Source: an uncultured Thermoleophilia bacterium (GTDB lineage Bacteria > Actinomycetota > Thermoleophilia > UBA2241). Taken from it: a stretch of DNA of 64,000 bases. The DNA lies in assembly GCA_963736645.1 (NCBI GenBank), contig CAVTPJ010000008.1:76707-140706 (forward strand), in the 5' to 3' direction. Positions 28,677 through 38,513 of this stretch are shown piece by piece. Numbering within the stretch: position 1 is the first letter of the stretch; each line of letters begins with the position of its first letter. Position numbers and translations under genes: made by a program. The notes beneath the pieces were generated by a model. The model made no database searches. It was not told the origin of the DNA and saw only the letters and a list, made by a program, of their open reading frames with translations.

Positions 28677-30124
28677 AGCGCGGCCTGCGGTTCCGGCTCG
28701 CAATGACGCATCTGGCGATGGCCGTGCTCGCCATCGTCGCCGTCGGCATCATCGTCACCTACACCGGTTCACGCCGGTTCGACAGCTACCTGGACCAGGT
28801 GCGGTCCAAGCGCATCGCGGAGGTCGTCACCACCCTGGAGAACACGTACGAGCCTCCGGACGGCTGGGACGCGACCGCCATCTACGCTCTCAGCCAGGTG
28901 GCGACGTTCAACAACGTCGACGTCGCCGTCTACTCGCCGGAGGGTCAGCTGGTCTACACCGTCCAGGGACGGCACATGGGTCGCGGCATGATGGGCGGCG
29001 GGGGCCAGGGCATGATGGGCGGCGGCTCCGCATCCGCCTCTCCGGGGACGACGGTCTCCGGCTTCGCCGACGTCACCGTGACCAGCGCGCCCATCGTGGT
29101 CGACGGGCAGAAGGTGGCGACCGCCGAGATCTACGCGCCGAGAGGCGCCCGAGCCGCCGCAGAGCAAGCGTACCAGAGCTCGCTCACCCGCAACCTGCTG
29201 ATCGCGGGCGCCATCGCCGGCGTCCTCGCACTGTTCGTGAGCCTTCTCGTCAGCCGGCGCATCACCAGCCCCCTGGAGGAGCTCACCGACGCCGCCGGCG
29301 ACGTCGCCGGCGGCAATCTCGGCGTGCGCGTCGCGCCGCGTGGTGACGACGAGGTCGCGGCGCTCGCGACCGCCTTCAACTCGATGGCGGACAGGCTCGC
29401 ACGCGACGAGCAGTGGCGCCGCGACATGACCAGCGATCTCTCACACGAGCTGCGGACGCCGCTGGCGACCATCCAGTCCCGGGTCGAAGCGCTCGAGGAC
29501 GGAGTCCTGCCGGCCACACCGGAGAACCTGCGCGTGATCGGCGAGGAGGTCGAGCGCCTCGGCCGCCTGCTGGGCCAGCTGCGCAGTCTCAACGAGCTGG
29601 AGAGCGAGGATCTCAGCGTGGAACACGAGCCGGTCGACCTGGCCGGCGTCGCCGCCGGCGCCGTCGACCGTCTGCGCCCGGCCTTCGTGGCCAAAGGCGT
29701 CGAGCTGGCCGCGGAGATGGATCGTGCCGTGGTGCTCGGCGACCGGGACCGGCTGCTCCAGGTGGTCGCCAACCTGCTCGACAACGCGCTCAAGTTCACG
29801 CCGGCCGGCGGTCACGTGGCCGTCAGGGTCGATGCGGGCGACGGCCCCATGGGCCCCGCCGGCGCGCCGGCGGGGCCCATGGGGCAGTGGGCCAGACTCG
29901 CGGTCACCGATGACGGCCCGGGCGTCGACTCGTCCGACCTGCCGTTCATCTTCGACCGCTTCTACCGAGGGCAGGAGTCGCGCGGCACACCGGGCGCCGG
30001 TCTCGGCCTGGCCATCTGCCGAGCACTGGTCGAGGCTCAGGGCGGGACCATCACGGCCGGCGTCGCACCGGACGGAGGGACCCGGATCACGGTCCTGCTG
30101 CCGTCCGCGGGCGACCGGTCCTGA
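28673..30124 (+). CDS. sensor histidine kinase with a Met/Gly-rich extracytoplasmic loop
   Basis: Two TM segments flank a roughly 150-aa loop. HAMP, H-box MTSDLSHELRTPLATIQ, N box LLDNALKFT and G boxes. The ATGA overlap with the regulator gene suggests coupling. Confidence 0.9.
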
Positions 30125-30132
30125 CACGCGCA

Positions 30133-30894
30133 ATGGCCCATCCGGCAGCTGCCCGCGCGCTCGTCGCCTGCGATCTCGACGGCACCGTGCTCGAGGACGA
30201 CGGCTCTCCGGTGCCGGGCATCCACGAGGCGCTCTCCGAGCTGGTGTCTTCCGGTGCGGCCTTTGTGGTCTGCACCGGCCGGCCGCTTCACTCGGCCCGG
30301 GGGGCCAGTGGCTCGCTGGGCGTGGACGCCGCCGGATTCGCCTGCTACCACGGGGCGCTGGTCGTCTCGGGCACCGGCGAGCGCCTTCGGCACCTGCCGG
30401 TGCCGCGAGACGCCGCGCGGGCCGTCGCCGCCCGGGCTCTCCGGGAGGGGCTTGGCGTGACCGTGTACGACGACGACGAGCCGCGGGAGCTGGTCGCCGG
30501 CGGAGACCCTGAGGACGAACCCGGGAGCAGAGTCAGCCGACTCGTCCTCCACGGCGAGGCCGCCGCCGCTACCCGGCTTATCGCCGGAATCCGGCATGAG
30601 TGGGGCGGCCGTCTGCGCATCGAGCAGATCCGCCCCGGCTTCGTCGGCGTGTTCCATCGCGGCGCCCAGAAGGGCGACGCCCTGCGGCTGCTGGTCGACC
30701 ACTTGGGCATGCCGCCCGGCAGGGTGGCTGCCTGCGGGGACTCAGCTCAGGACGAGTCCCTGCTCGCCGCCGCGGCCGTACGCATCGCCGTGGGCGAGCG
30801 GCCGCACGTCCTCGGCCGTGTGCCGGGCGTGGTGGTCACCAGCCGCGCCCGGCTCGCGGAGACGCTGCTCGCCCGCGTCCGTCCGCTGCTCTGA
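30133..30894 (+). CDS. Cof-type HAD-IIB hydrolase
   Basis: LVACDLDGTVLEDDG (motif I), VVCTGRP, and ACGDSAQDESLL (motif IV). Confidence 0.8.
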   Translation: MAHPAAARALVACDLDGTVLEDDGSPVPGIHEALSELVSSGAAFVVCTGRPLHSARGASGSLGVDAAGFACYHGALVVSGTGERLRHLPVPRDAARAVAARALREGLGVTVYDDDEPRELVAGGDPEDEPGSRVSRLVLHGEAAAATRLIAGIRHEWGGRLRIEQIRPGFVGVFHRGAQKGDALRLLVDHLGMPPGRVAACGDSAQDESLLAAAAVRIAVGERPHVLGRVPGVVVTSRARLAETLLARVRPLL

Positions 30895-30960
30895 GCGCTC
30901 TCGAGGGTCCGGGCCGGGGTGTGAACGGACGCACCTCGGCCGGCTGGCCCGTACGTACGA

Positions 30961-30994
30961 GAGGGCAGCGGGGCCGCCGGGCCCCGCCGCCCTC
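30961..30994. terminator. GC-rich stem-loop between convergent genes
   Basis: GAGGGCAGCGGGGCC-GCCG-GGCCCCGCCGCCCTC forms a 15-bp stem with one mismatch. Confidence 0.55.
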
Positions 30995-31021
30995 CGTGAG
31001 GCCTCTGTCTCCGCGAGGGTC

Positions 31022-32383
31022 TTACACCTTGGGGAGTTTGGCGATCGACGCGGCGATCGCCTCCTCCGGATGGTCGTAGTCCTCGAGCTCTCCGCTGAGG
31101 TACCTGTCGTAGGAGCCGAGGTCGAGCAGGCCGTGGCCGGTGAGGTTGAACAGGATGTTCCTGCTCACGCCCTCTTCTTTTGCCTTCAGCGCTTCGTTGA
31201 TCGCCGCGAGGATCGCGTGCGCGCTCTCCGGCGCCGGTACGATGGCCTCGGTCTTCACGAAGAGCTGCGCCGCCTCGAAGACCTTGGTCTGCGCTACCGA
31301 CACGGCTTCGAGCAGCCCGAGGTCGTACACGTGGCTGAGCAGCGGCGCCATGCCGTGGTAGCGCAGCCCACCGGCGTGGATGCCCGGCGGCATGTAGTCG
31401 TGGCCCAGCGTGTACATCTTGAACAACGGCGTGGTCTGGGCCTCGTCGCCGAAGTCGTAGCGGAACTGGCCTTTGGTGAGCGACGGGCAGGCGGTCGGCT
31501 CCACGGCGACCAGGCGCGTGTTCGTCTTCCCGGCGAGGTTCTCGCGCAGGAAGGGGAACGCCAGGCCGCCGAAGCTCGAACCGCCACCGACGCAGCCGAC
31601 CACGACGTCGGGGTAGGCGTCGGCGTCCTGGCTCTGCAGGATCGCCTCCTCGCCGATGATCGTCTGGTGCAGGAGGACGTGGTTGGTCACGCTGCCCAGG
31701 GCGTACTTGGAGCCGGGATGCGTCACCGCGTCCTCGACGGCCTCGCTGATGGCGATGCCGAGGCTGCCCAGCGATTCCGGGTCCTCGGCAAGGACGGCGC
31801 GACCGGCGTTGGTCTGGTCGCTCGGGCTGGGGATCACCGTGCCGCCCCAGAGCTGCATCATGCTGCGCCGGTACGGCTTCTGGTGGTAGCTGACCTTGAC
31901 CATGTAGACCATGCACTCGAGGTCGAACATCTGGCAGGCCATGCTGAGGGCGCTGCCCCACTGGCCGGCGCCGGTCTCCGTGGCGAGGCGCGTCGTGCCG
32001 TCGAGCTTGTTGTAGTACGCCTGCGCGACGGCGGTGTTGCTCTTGTGCGAGCCGGCCGGGCTGACGCCCTCGTGCTTGAAGAAGATCTTGGCCGGAGTGT
32101 CCAGCGCCTTCTCGAGGCCGGTGGCGCGGATCAGCGGCGTGGGTCTCCAGATGCGATAGATCTGGTGGACCTCCTCGGGGATCTCGATGTAGCGCTCCGC
32201 CGAGACCTCCTGCGCGATGATGCTGGGCGGGAAGATCGGCGAGAGGTCGTCGGGGCCTGCCGGCTGAAGCGTCGCCGGATTGAGCGGCGGCGGCGGGGGC
32301 ACGGGGAGGTCGGGCACGATGTTGTACCAGGTCTTGGGGATCCTCTCCTCGTCAAGGACGAACTTCTTCTTGTACTCGCTCAT
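31022..32383 (-). CDS. trpB: TrpB-like PLP enzyme (tryptophan synthase beta, type 2), stand-alone
   Basis: 453 aa. The N-terminus [20 protein letters not shown] and [18 protein letters not shown] (PLP lysine region) are characteristic of TrpB2. No trpA or other trp genes are nearby. Confidence 0.85.
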   Translation of the reverse strand: MSEYKKKFVLDEERIPKTWYNIVPDLPVPPPPPLNPATLQPAGPDDLSPIFPPSIIAQEVSAERYIEIPEEVHQIYRIWRPTPLIRATGLEKALDTPAKIFFKHEGVSPAGSHKSNTAVAQAYYNKLDGTTRLATETGAGQWGSALSMACQMFDLECMVYMVKVSYHQKPYRRSMMQLWGGTVIPSPSDQTNAGRAVLAEDPESLGSLGIAISEAVEDAVTHPGSKYALGSVTNHVLLHQTIIGEEAILQSQDADAYPDVVVGCVGGGSSFGGLAFPFLRENLAGKTNTRLVAVEPTACPSLTKGQFRYDFGDEAQTTPLFKMYTLGHDYMPPGIHAGGLRYHGMAPLLSHVYDLGLLEAVSVAQTKVFEAAQLFVKTEAIVPAPESAHAILAAINEALKAKEEGVSRNILFNLTGHGLLDLGSYDRYLSGELEDYDHPEEAIAASIAKLPKV

Positions 32384-32476
32384 GACCTACCTCCTCTCGG
32401 TGTGACGCTTCGGGCGAACGGGCTCTCGTGATGACGATGCACAACTGCTGCGCTCCGTTTCAGGGGACGGGACGAC

Positions 32477-32501
32477 CACGGGGTGCGGTCACGGGGTGCG
32501 G
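32477..32501. repeat. perfect 12-bp tandem direct repeat in the trpB2 upstream region
   Basis: CACGGGGTGCGG occurs at 32477-32488 and 32490-32501 with 1 nt between copies. This is 95-120 nt upstream of the trpB2 ATG on the opposite strand. Confidence 0.6.
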
Positions 32502-32529
32502 GCAGGGCCCGCGCGGGGTGTCGAAGAAG

Positions 32530-32546
32530 GGCGCGCTAGGCGCGCC
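32530..32546. other. perfect palindrome GGCGCGC-TAG-GCGCGCC downstream of the EAL gene
   Basis: Read directly from the sequence. It could be a terminator stem or a protein-binding site. Confidence 0.4.
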
Positions 32547-32623
32547 AGGCCCAGAGACGCCAGTCGGCGCGAGCGGTCGTGCTGCGGATGGCGTCGTGGG
32601 TCAGCATCGTGCGCGGCATGCTA

Positions 32624-34282
32624 TCACAGCACCGCAGCGGCTTCCAGCGGTGGGTACGCGGCGCAGAGGGGTTCGGGAGCGCAGGGATGGCCGAACAGGA
32701 ACCCCTGGCCCAGCGTGACGCCGAGCCTGCGCAGGGCATCGAGCTGCGGCCGCGCCTCGATGCCCTCGGCGATCAGCCCGATGCCGGCGTCGCCGCAGAA
32801 GTCCCGGAGCGTGCGCACCAGCTTCTGTTTCACCATGGAGCTCTCCAGACCGCGGATGAGCGACATGTCGAGCTTGATGAAGTCCGGCTCGATCTCGACC
32901 ATCGTCTGCAGCCCCGAGTAGCCGGCTCCGGCGTCGTCGACGGCGACGCGGAAGCCGAAGGCGCGGAGCTGCCGCACGATCTCCCGCATACGGTCGAAGT
33001 CGTCGATCACGCTGTTCTCGGTGATCTCGATGACCGTCTGACCGCGCAGAGCCTCGGGTGTCGCCTCCACGAACTCCCGCACGAAAGCGTCTCCCTGGGC
33101 GTGGAGGAGCATCGTGACCGGCTCCGTGTTCACGAAGCGCAGGCGGTCCGGGGGGAGAGCCGCCCCGGTGCGCGAGGCGGTCGTGCGGCAGAGGCGGTCG
33201 AGCTCCGTGACACGGCCTTGGCTGCGCGCCACCTCGAAGAGCGCGTCGGGGAGATGAAGCTCGCTTCCGCGAGGGCCGCGAGAGAGCAGCTCGTAGCCGA
33301 TCGCCTCGTAGGTATCGAGATCGACGATCGGCTGGATGACGCAGGTCAGCCGCTGTGACGCGATGACCTGCTCGAACTCGTCGCCGAGCCGCGTGCGGAT
33401 CTGGTCGCGTTCCAGCTCGATGGAGCGGGTGGCGCGCTCGATCGCCTCGAGCAGCGCGCGCTTGAACCGCACCTTCGGCGACTGGGTGAGGCGGGAGAAG
33501 CCGAGGAAGAGATCGATGCTGGTGAGAAGCCGGGACTCAAGGTCGTTCTCGAGCTTCTCCAGCAACTCCGTCTTGAGACGTCGCTTGATCGCCAGCAGGT
33601 CATCCTCGGAGACGAGCCCGCTCTGGCGACCCGGCGAGAGGATGATGAGGAAGGCGTCGCCGAGGCTCGAGATGGAGACGAAGTCGTCGCCGCGGATGAG
33701 CCCTCCCCGCGCCTGCTGGAGTCCCTGCCCGATGACACGGTACACCTCATCCACGACCTCGAAGCCCTGCAGCTGCTCCAGGGCGTGCACGCCGCCGAGG
33801 CTCACGTAGATGACGCCGAGCTGGCCGTGGTCGTAGAGCATGCGCTGCACCTCGAGCTGCACGTTCGCGAGCGTCGGCAGACCGGTGACGTCGTCGTGGT
33901 ACACGCTCGCGTCGCGCAGGACATCGACGATGGTGCGCAGGAGGATCTCGGAGCGGAAGGGCTTGGTGATGTAGGCGGAGGCGCCGGACCGGCTCGCCTC
34001 CATCATGTCGGCCAGGTCCGTCCGGGCGGTGAGGAACACCACGGGGATGTCCTTGGTGTAGCCGAACTGGAGCTCGCGGCAGACCTCGTGACCGTCCATG
34101 CCGGGCATGGCGACGTCGAGCAGGATGAGGTGCGGGTGCCGGGTGAAGGCGAGCTCGAGTCCCTGCTCGCCGTTGTTCGCCGTGGTCACCTCGTAGCCGT
34201 GCGCGATGAGGACTGCGGCGACGGATGCCGTCAGGTCGGCGTCGTCGTCGATGACCAGAACGTGGGTCTTCTCGCCCGGCAT
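32624..34282 (-). CDS. response-regulator receiver + degenerate GGDEF + EAL phosphodiesterase
   Basis: REC (VLVIDDDADL, LILLDVAMPGMDG, FLTAR). The GGDEF-like domain has SLGDAF in place of GGDEF. The EAL domain has YELLSRG, EITEN, VDDAGAGYSG, AEGIE and GQGFLFG. Confidence 0.85.
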   Translation of the reverse strand: MPGEKTHVLVIDDDADLTASVAAVLIAHGYEVTTANNGEQGLELAFTRHPHLILLDVAMPGMDGHEVCRELQFGYTKDIPVVFLTARTDLADMMEASRSGASAYITKPFRSEILLRTIVDVLRDASVYHDDVTGLPTLANVQLEVQRMLYDHGQLGVIYVSLGGVHALEQLQGFEVVDEVYRVIGQGLQQARGGLIRGDDFVSISSLGDAFLIILSPGRQSGLVSEDDLLAIKRRLKTELLEKLENDLESRLLTSIDLFLGFSRLTQSPKVRFKRALLEAIERATRSIELERDQIRTRLGDEFEQVIASQRLTCVIQPIVDLDTYEAIGYELLSRGPRGSELHLPDALFEVARSQGRVTELDRLCRTTASRTGAALPPDRLRFVNTEPVTMLLHAQGDAFVREFVEATPEALRGQTVIEITENSVIDDFDRMREIVRQLRAFGFRVAVDDAGAGYSGLQTMVEIEPDFIKLDMSLIRGLESSMVKQKLVRTLRDFCGDAGIGLIAEGIEARPQLDALRRLGVTLGQGFLFGHPCAPEPLCAAYPPLEAAAVL

Positions 34283-34334
34283 GCCTCTCCCCCCGTCGGC
34301 GCCGCGTGCACAGACTCGCAGGACTGCGGCTGCC

Positions 34335-34365
34335 CGCGCACAGAGTGATATCGGCAGAGTGCGCG
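34335..34365. promoter_or_regulatory. inverted repeat in the divergent EAL/agmatinase intergenic region
   Basis: CGCGCAC-N17-GTGCGCG, with a central GATATC. CAGAGTG occurs twice within it. Confidence 0.3.
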
Positions 34366-34421
34366 GAAGGATTAGGCGGTAGACTTGCGCCGGTACCCGA
34401 TCGTCGCGCTAGGAGGCGTCC

Positions 34422-35378
34422 ATGAAGGGATACGGTCCCGACGGCGGGGCGCGGTCTCCGCGGGTCGCCGGCGTCAACACGTTTCTGCGGCTCCCGCACG
34501 TCACGCAGTACGACGATGTCGACGTCGTCGTGATGGGGCTGGCGTTCGACACAGGGCTCGCCGTGCGCTCGGGTGCCCGTTTCGGGCCTCGGGCCGTGCG
34601 CGAGGCCTCGCTCACGATCCGCCCTGCCTACAACCCGGCGCAGCGCGTCGCCGTCTTCGAGCGGCTCTCGGTGGTCGACGCCGGAGACGCGCGCCTCGTC
34701 GCCGGGTTCACCGACCGCAGCCTCGCGGCCATGCAGGACGCCCTCGACGTCGTGCACGCCGCCGGAGCGGTCCCGCTGGGCATCGGCGGCGACCACACCG
34801 TGACCTTGGCCGGGCTACGCGCCGCCGCGAAGAAGTACGGCCCGGTCGCCCTCCTGCACTTCGGCGCGCACACGGACAGCCTCGAGGAGAGCGCGGGAGA
34901 GCGGCACATTCACAGCACGGTCGTTCGCCGCGCGGCGGAAGAGGGCGTCGTCGACCCGGGCCGCTCCGCCCTGTTCGGCATGCGCGGCGGGCTCGACTCC
35001 CCGGACGAGTACGACCAGGCGCGCGGGCTCGGCTTCACGGTCGTGCCCTGGGAGGACCTCGCCCAGCTCGGCACGGGCGTGGTGGCGGCGGCGGTGGAGG
35101 CGGCCGCCGGCGTCAAGGCGTTCGTGACCGTGGACGTCGACTTCGTCGACCCCGCGTTCGCGCCGGCCGTGGGCACGCCCGAGGTCGGTGGCCCGAGCGC
35201 GATGCAGGCGCTCGCGCTGATCAGGGCCTGCCGCGGGCTCGACCTCGCCGGGGCCGACGTGGTCGAGGTGGTGCCCGAGCTGGAGGGGGGCAGCAGTCAC
35301 CTGACGGCGACCTTCGCGGCGACGGTCGCCTACGAGCTGCTCTCTCTTGTCGCCTGCGGGCCAGGAGCCGGCGCGTGA
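34422..35378 (+). CDS. speB: agmatinase / ureohydrolase family
   Basis: The ATG follows AGGAGG. Mn-binding motifs GGDHTVTL and VDVDFVDPAFAPAVGTPEVGG are present. Confidence 0.85.
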   Translation: MKGYGPDGGARSPRVAGVNTFLRLPHVTQYDDVDVVVMGLAFDTGLAVRSGARFGPRAVREASLTIRPAYNPAQRVAVFERLSVVDAGDARLVAGFTDRSLAAMQDALDVVHAAGAVPLGIGGDHTVTLAGLRAAAKKYGPVALLHFGAHTDSLEESAGERHIHSTVVRRAAEEGVVDPGRSALFGMRGGLDSPDEYDQARGLGFTVVPWEDLAQLGTGVVAAAVEAAAGVKAFVTVDVDFVDPAFAPAVGTPEVGGPSAMQALALIRACRGLDLAGADVVEVVPELEGGSSHLTATFAATVAYELLSLVACGPGAGA

Positions 35379-36247
35379 GCGCAGGTGCAGCCGCAGGCGA
35401 TGCCACCCCGGCCAGCCGCGTGCTCCGCGTCGCCTGCGCGCAGATGAACACGCGTGACGACGTAGCCGAGAACCTTCGCGTCGCGCTGGAGCTCGTCGAC
35501 GCGGCCGCAGACCTCGGGGCGCGTCTGGTGGCGCTTCCTGAGACCTGGGCGTTCAAGGGCCGTCACGAGGGCATCGTCGCCTCTGCGGAGCGACCCGACG
35601 GACCGGCGAACGCCGCTCTCGCCCATCGGGCGGCGAGCCGCGGCCTGTGGCTGCTCGCCGGCTCCATCTACGAGCCCTCGACGGTGCCGGACCACGTGTT
35701 CAACGTCTCGGCGCTCTTCTGCCCCGACGGCCGGCTGCGGGCGAGCTACCGCAAGATCCATCTCTTCGACGCCGTGTCGGGCACGGCCGTCTACCGCGAG
35801 TCGAGCTACCTCGTGCCCGGCGACGACATCGTCACGGCTGACGTCGACATCGCCGGTGGCGCGACGGTGCGACTCGGCCTGTCGATCTGCTACGATCTGC
35901 GCTTCCCCGAGCTGTACCGGACGCTCGCGCTGCGGGGCGCCGAGGTCCTTTGCGTGCCTTCTGCCTTCACGGCCCACACGGGAGCAGCGCACTGGGAGGT
36001 GCTGCTTCGCGCCCGTGCCATCGAGAATGGCTGCTTCGTGATCGCGCCCGACCAGGTCGGCGAGCATCTGCCCGGCCGCGACTGTCACGGCCACAGCATG
36101 ATCGTGGATCCCTGGGGCGAGGTGCTGGCGCAGGTCGACGATGACGTGGGCGTCTGCGTCGCCGACCTGGAGCTGGGGCGGCTGGATGAGGTCCGCGGGC
36201 AGATCCCGTCGCTCGAGAACCGTCGTCCGCGCGCCTACGAGTCCTGA
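35375..36247 (+). CDS. carbon-nitrogen hydrolase (nitrilase superfamily, Nit/amidase type)
   Basis: The GTG start overlaps the speB stop (GTGA). The Glu-Lys-Cys catalytic triad context is LPETW, YRKIHLFD and GLSICYDLRFPE. Confidence 0.8.
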   Translation: MSAGAAAGDATPASRVLRVACAQMNTRDDVAENLRVALELVDAAADLGARLVALPETWAFKGRHEGIVASAERPDGPANAALAHRAASRGLWLLAGSIYEPSTVPDHVFNVSALFCPDGRLRASYRKIHLFDAVSGTAVYRESSYLVPGDDIVTADVDIAGGATVRLGLSICYDLRFPELYRTLALRGAEVLCVPSAFTAHTGAAHWEVLLRARAIENGCFVIAPDQVGEHLPGRDCHGHSMIVDPWGEVLAQVDDDVGVCVADLELGRLDEVRGQIPSLENRRPRAYES

Positions 36248-37137
36248 ATCTTCGCTGAGGCGGCCTCGGGGCGGCGATCGGCCAGTCTCCGCCGTGCAAA
36301 GGCGACGATGACGCCGATGACGAAGCCGGCGAGTGCGCCGGCGGCGACGTTCAGGGTCAAGCTCGGCCCGCTGGGTGAGTCGGGGACGGCGGCGTCGTGC
36401 AGCACCCGCGGCATCTCGACCTGCTTCGCCGTCAGCAGCAGGAGCTGCGTCTTCTGATTCGTCGCCTGCAGGGCCTCCTGCTCGGTGGCCGCGGCCTGGG
36501 CGACGGCCACGTATGGAGCGGCTGCCGTGGCCTTGTCGGCGGGTGAACCGTCGCCACCGGCGATGGCGACGAGAGCGCGTTGCGCGGCGATCCCGCGCGC
36601 CTCCGCCGCGGCGTAGGCCTTCTGACCCTGCGTGAGCTGGTCCTCCAACAACGCGATCTTCTCGTCGACGCCGGTCTCCAGATGCTCCAGCAGGACGTCG
36701 GCAAGGTTGTTGGCGGCTTCCGCAGCGCGGACCTTGTTCGTGTCGGTGACGGTGATCGTGATGATGTTGACGGCCGAGCTGGTCGCCTTCACGGTCGAGG
36801 CGGCGGGCGTGTCGACGACCGTCTCCCTGCGGAGCTTGCTCGCCGTCATGCCCATGCCGGTGCGCTCGGCAGCCTCTGCGAGCACCACCTGGCTGGCGAG
36901 CAACTGAACGGACGCCTTGGGGTTGGAGTTGAGACCGGCCATGGCGTTGCCGTTCGCGTCCGTCGTCTGGCCGATGTAGACGGCCGATGAGGCGCTGTAT
37001 TCCTTGGGCTGGGCCAGCGTGACAGCCGCGGCGACGACGACGCCGAGGACCACGAACCCGGCGATGACCCACCAGTTGCGGGCGAGCGTGGCGAACCACG
37101 ATCCGACGTCGATGGTCGTGCTCTCGTCGCTGCTCAT
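36235..37137 (-). CDS. wzz: polysaccharide chain-length determinant (Wzz/PCP, no kinase domain)
   Basis: N-terminal Wzz motif region (LARNWWVIAGFVVLGVVVAAAV), a coiled-coil middle, and a C-terminal TM segment followed by RRR. The 3' end overlaps the convergent CN-hydrolase gene by 13 nt. Confidence 0.75.
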   Translation of the reverse strand: MSSDESTTIDVGSWFATLARNWWVIAGFVVLGVVVAAAVTLAQPKEYSASSAVYIGQTTDANGNAMAGLNSNPKASVQLLASQVVLAEAAERTGMGMTASKLRRETVVDTPAASTVKATSSAVNIITITVTDTNKVRAAEAANNLADVLLEHLETGVDEKIALLEDQLTQGQKAYAAAEARGIAAQRALVAIAGGDGSPADKATAAAPYVAVAQAAATEQEALQATNQKTQLLLLTAKQVEMPRVLHDAAVPDSPSGPSLTLNVAAGALAGFVIGVIVAFARRRLADRRPEAASAKIQDS

Positions 37138-37186
37138 GCACTCCTCCGGGGGATGGCGCTCGCGGACATCCTACAGCAGTCGGGGG

Positions 37187-38443
37187 TCACCGGCGGCCCA
37201 GCCTGTGCCGGGAGCGCACACGTTCGAGGATCTCGAGGTAGTCGTGCGCGAGCCTGCGGCGGTCGAAGCGCTCGAGAACGTAGCGGCGGCCGTTCTCGCC
37301 GAGCCGCCGCCGCTCCACGGCCGGGGCGGCGGCGAGGCGCTCGGCCGCCGCCGCCAGTTCCTCGTCGCTGGACGGTTCGAAGGCGACGCCGCAGTCGGCC
37401 TCGGCAAGCATCGCCCGGGCGTCGCCCTCGAACCCGAGCAGGATCGGCCGCTCCATGGCCGCATCCTCGAGAAGCTCGCTCGGCAGGATCGTGTCGAAGG
37501 GGTCGTCCTTGCGGAAGTGCACGAGGCAGGCGTCGCTGCTCGCGAGGTACGCCGGCAGCTCGGTGCGCGGCACGAGGCCGGTGAAGACCACATTCGTCAG
37601 ACCCTCAGCGCGAGCCTGCTCCTGCAGGTCCGAGCGGACCGCGCCGTCGCCGACGAGCAGGAAAGCGATGTCGTCACGGCCCTTCGCCTTCAAGCGCCGA
37701 GCCGCGCCCAGCGCGACCTCGAGCCCACTCGCCGTGCCGATGGTGCCGGCGAAGGTGATGACGAAGGTCTCCGGCGAGAAGCCGAGCCGCGCACGCAGTC
37801 CGTGGTCGGGCTCACGCGGCTCGAACAGCTCGACGTCCAGGCCGTCGGCGACGACCGAGATCTTCGACGGTCCGACGCCCTTGCGGATCATGGTCATGCG
37901 ATAGCCGTCGTCAACGGCGACGATGTGGTCGGCGCCGTCGTAGAGGGCGTGCTCGAGCCTGCCCAGCGCGCGGACGATCCGGCCGTGCTCGAGGGCGCCG
38001 ACGGCGACGATGGAGTCGGGCCAGATGTCACGGATCTCGAGCACGAACGGCGCCCCGTGCGCCCGGGCGACGGGCCAGCCCGCCCAGCCGGCGAAGAACT
38101 GCGGGCTGGTCGCGATGACCACGTCCGCGCGTGGCCGCAGCAGCGGACCGACCGCGCCGGCTGCGGCCAGATACGAGAGGTAGTCGAGGCCGCGGCGCAC
38201 GCGGCCGCGGTCGGCCGCCAGCCAGGTCCAGACGCGCACCGTGCGGATGCCGTCGATCCACTCCTCTTGGAAGAGCTTGTTCTCGTAGCCCTCGTACACG
38301 ATCCCGGAGGGGACGTTGGGCGCGCAGGTCAGCACCGTGACGCGGTGCCCGCTGCGCGCCCACTCCCTGGCCATGCCGTGCACGCGTGTGGCGGGGGCGT
38401 TGTTCTCGGGAGTGAAGTAGTGGGTCAGGTACAGGATGTGCAC
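37187..38443 (-). CDS. GT4 glycosyltransferase (WcaI/WbuB-like)
   Basis: HILYLTHYFTPENNAPATRVHGMAREWARSGHRVTVLT. I prefer GTG 38443 because GGAGG lies about 10 nt upstream of it; GTG 38452 is the alternative. Confidence 0.85.
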   Translation of the reverse strand: MHILYLTHYFTPENNAPATRVHGMAREWARSGHRVTVLTCAPNVPSGIVYEGYENKLFQEEWIDGIRTVRVWTWLAADRGRVRRGLDYLSYLAAAGAVGPLLRPRADVVIATSPQFFAGWAGWPVARAHGAPFVLEIRDIWPDSIVAVGALEHGRIVRALGRLEHALYDGADHIVAVDDGYRMTMIRKGVGPSKISVVADGLDVELFEPREPDHGLRARLGFSPETFVITFAGTIGTASGLEVALGAARRLKAKGRDDIAFLLVGDGAVRSDLQEQARAEGLTNVVFTGLVPRTELPAYLASSDACLVHFRKDDPFDTILPSELLEDAAMERPILLGFEGDARAMLAEADCGVAFEPSSDEELAAAAERLAAAPAVERRRLGENGRRYVLERFDRRRLAHDYLEILERVRSRHRLGRR

Positions 38444-38513
38444 GCCGGGCACGCCTCCGTTTGGTCTGGGTCCGGGGTCGGCGCCGGCCTCGCCCGGTCG
38501 GCCGTCAGCGGCC

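Noticed and set aside
34385-35374. The first 330 residues of the 620-aa ORF that ends in the CN-hydrolase.
   Set aside because: This is an Arg/Gly/Pro-rich shadow frame overlapping the agmatinase gene. The CN-hydrolase domain begins right after a GTG that overlaps the agmatinase stop.
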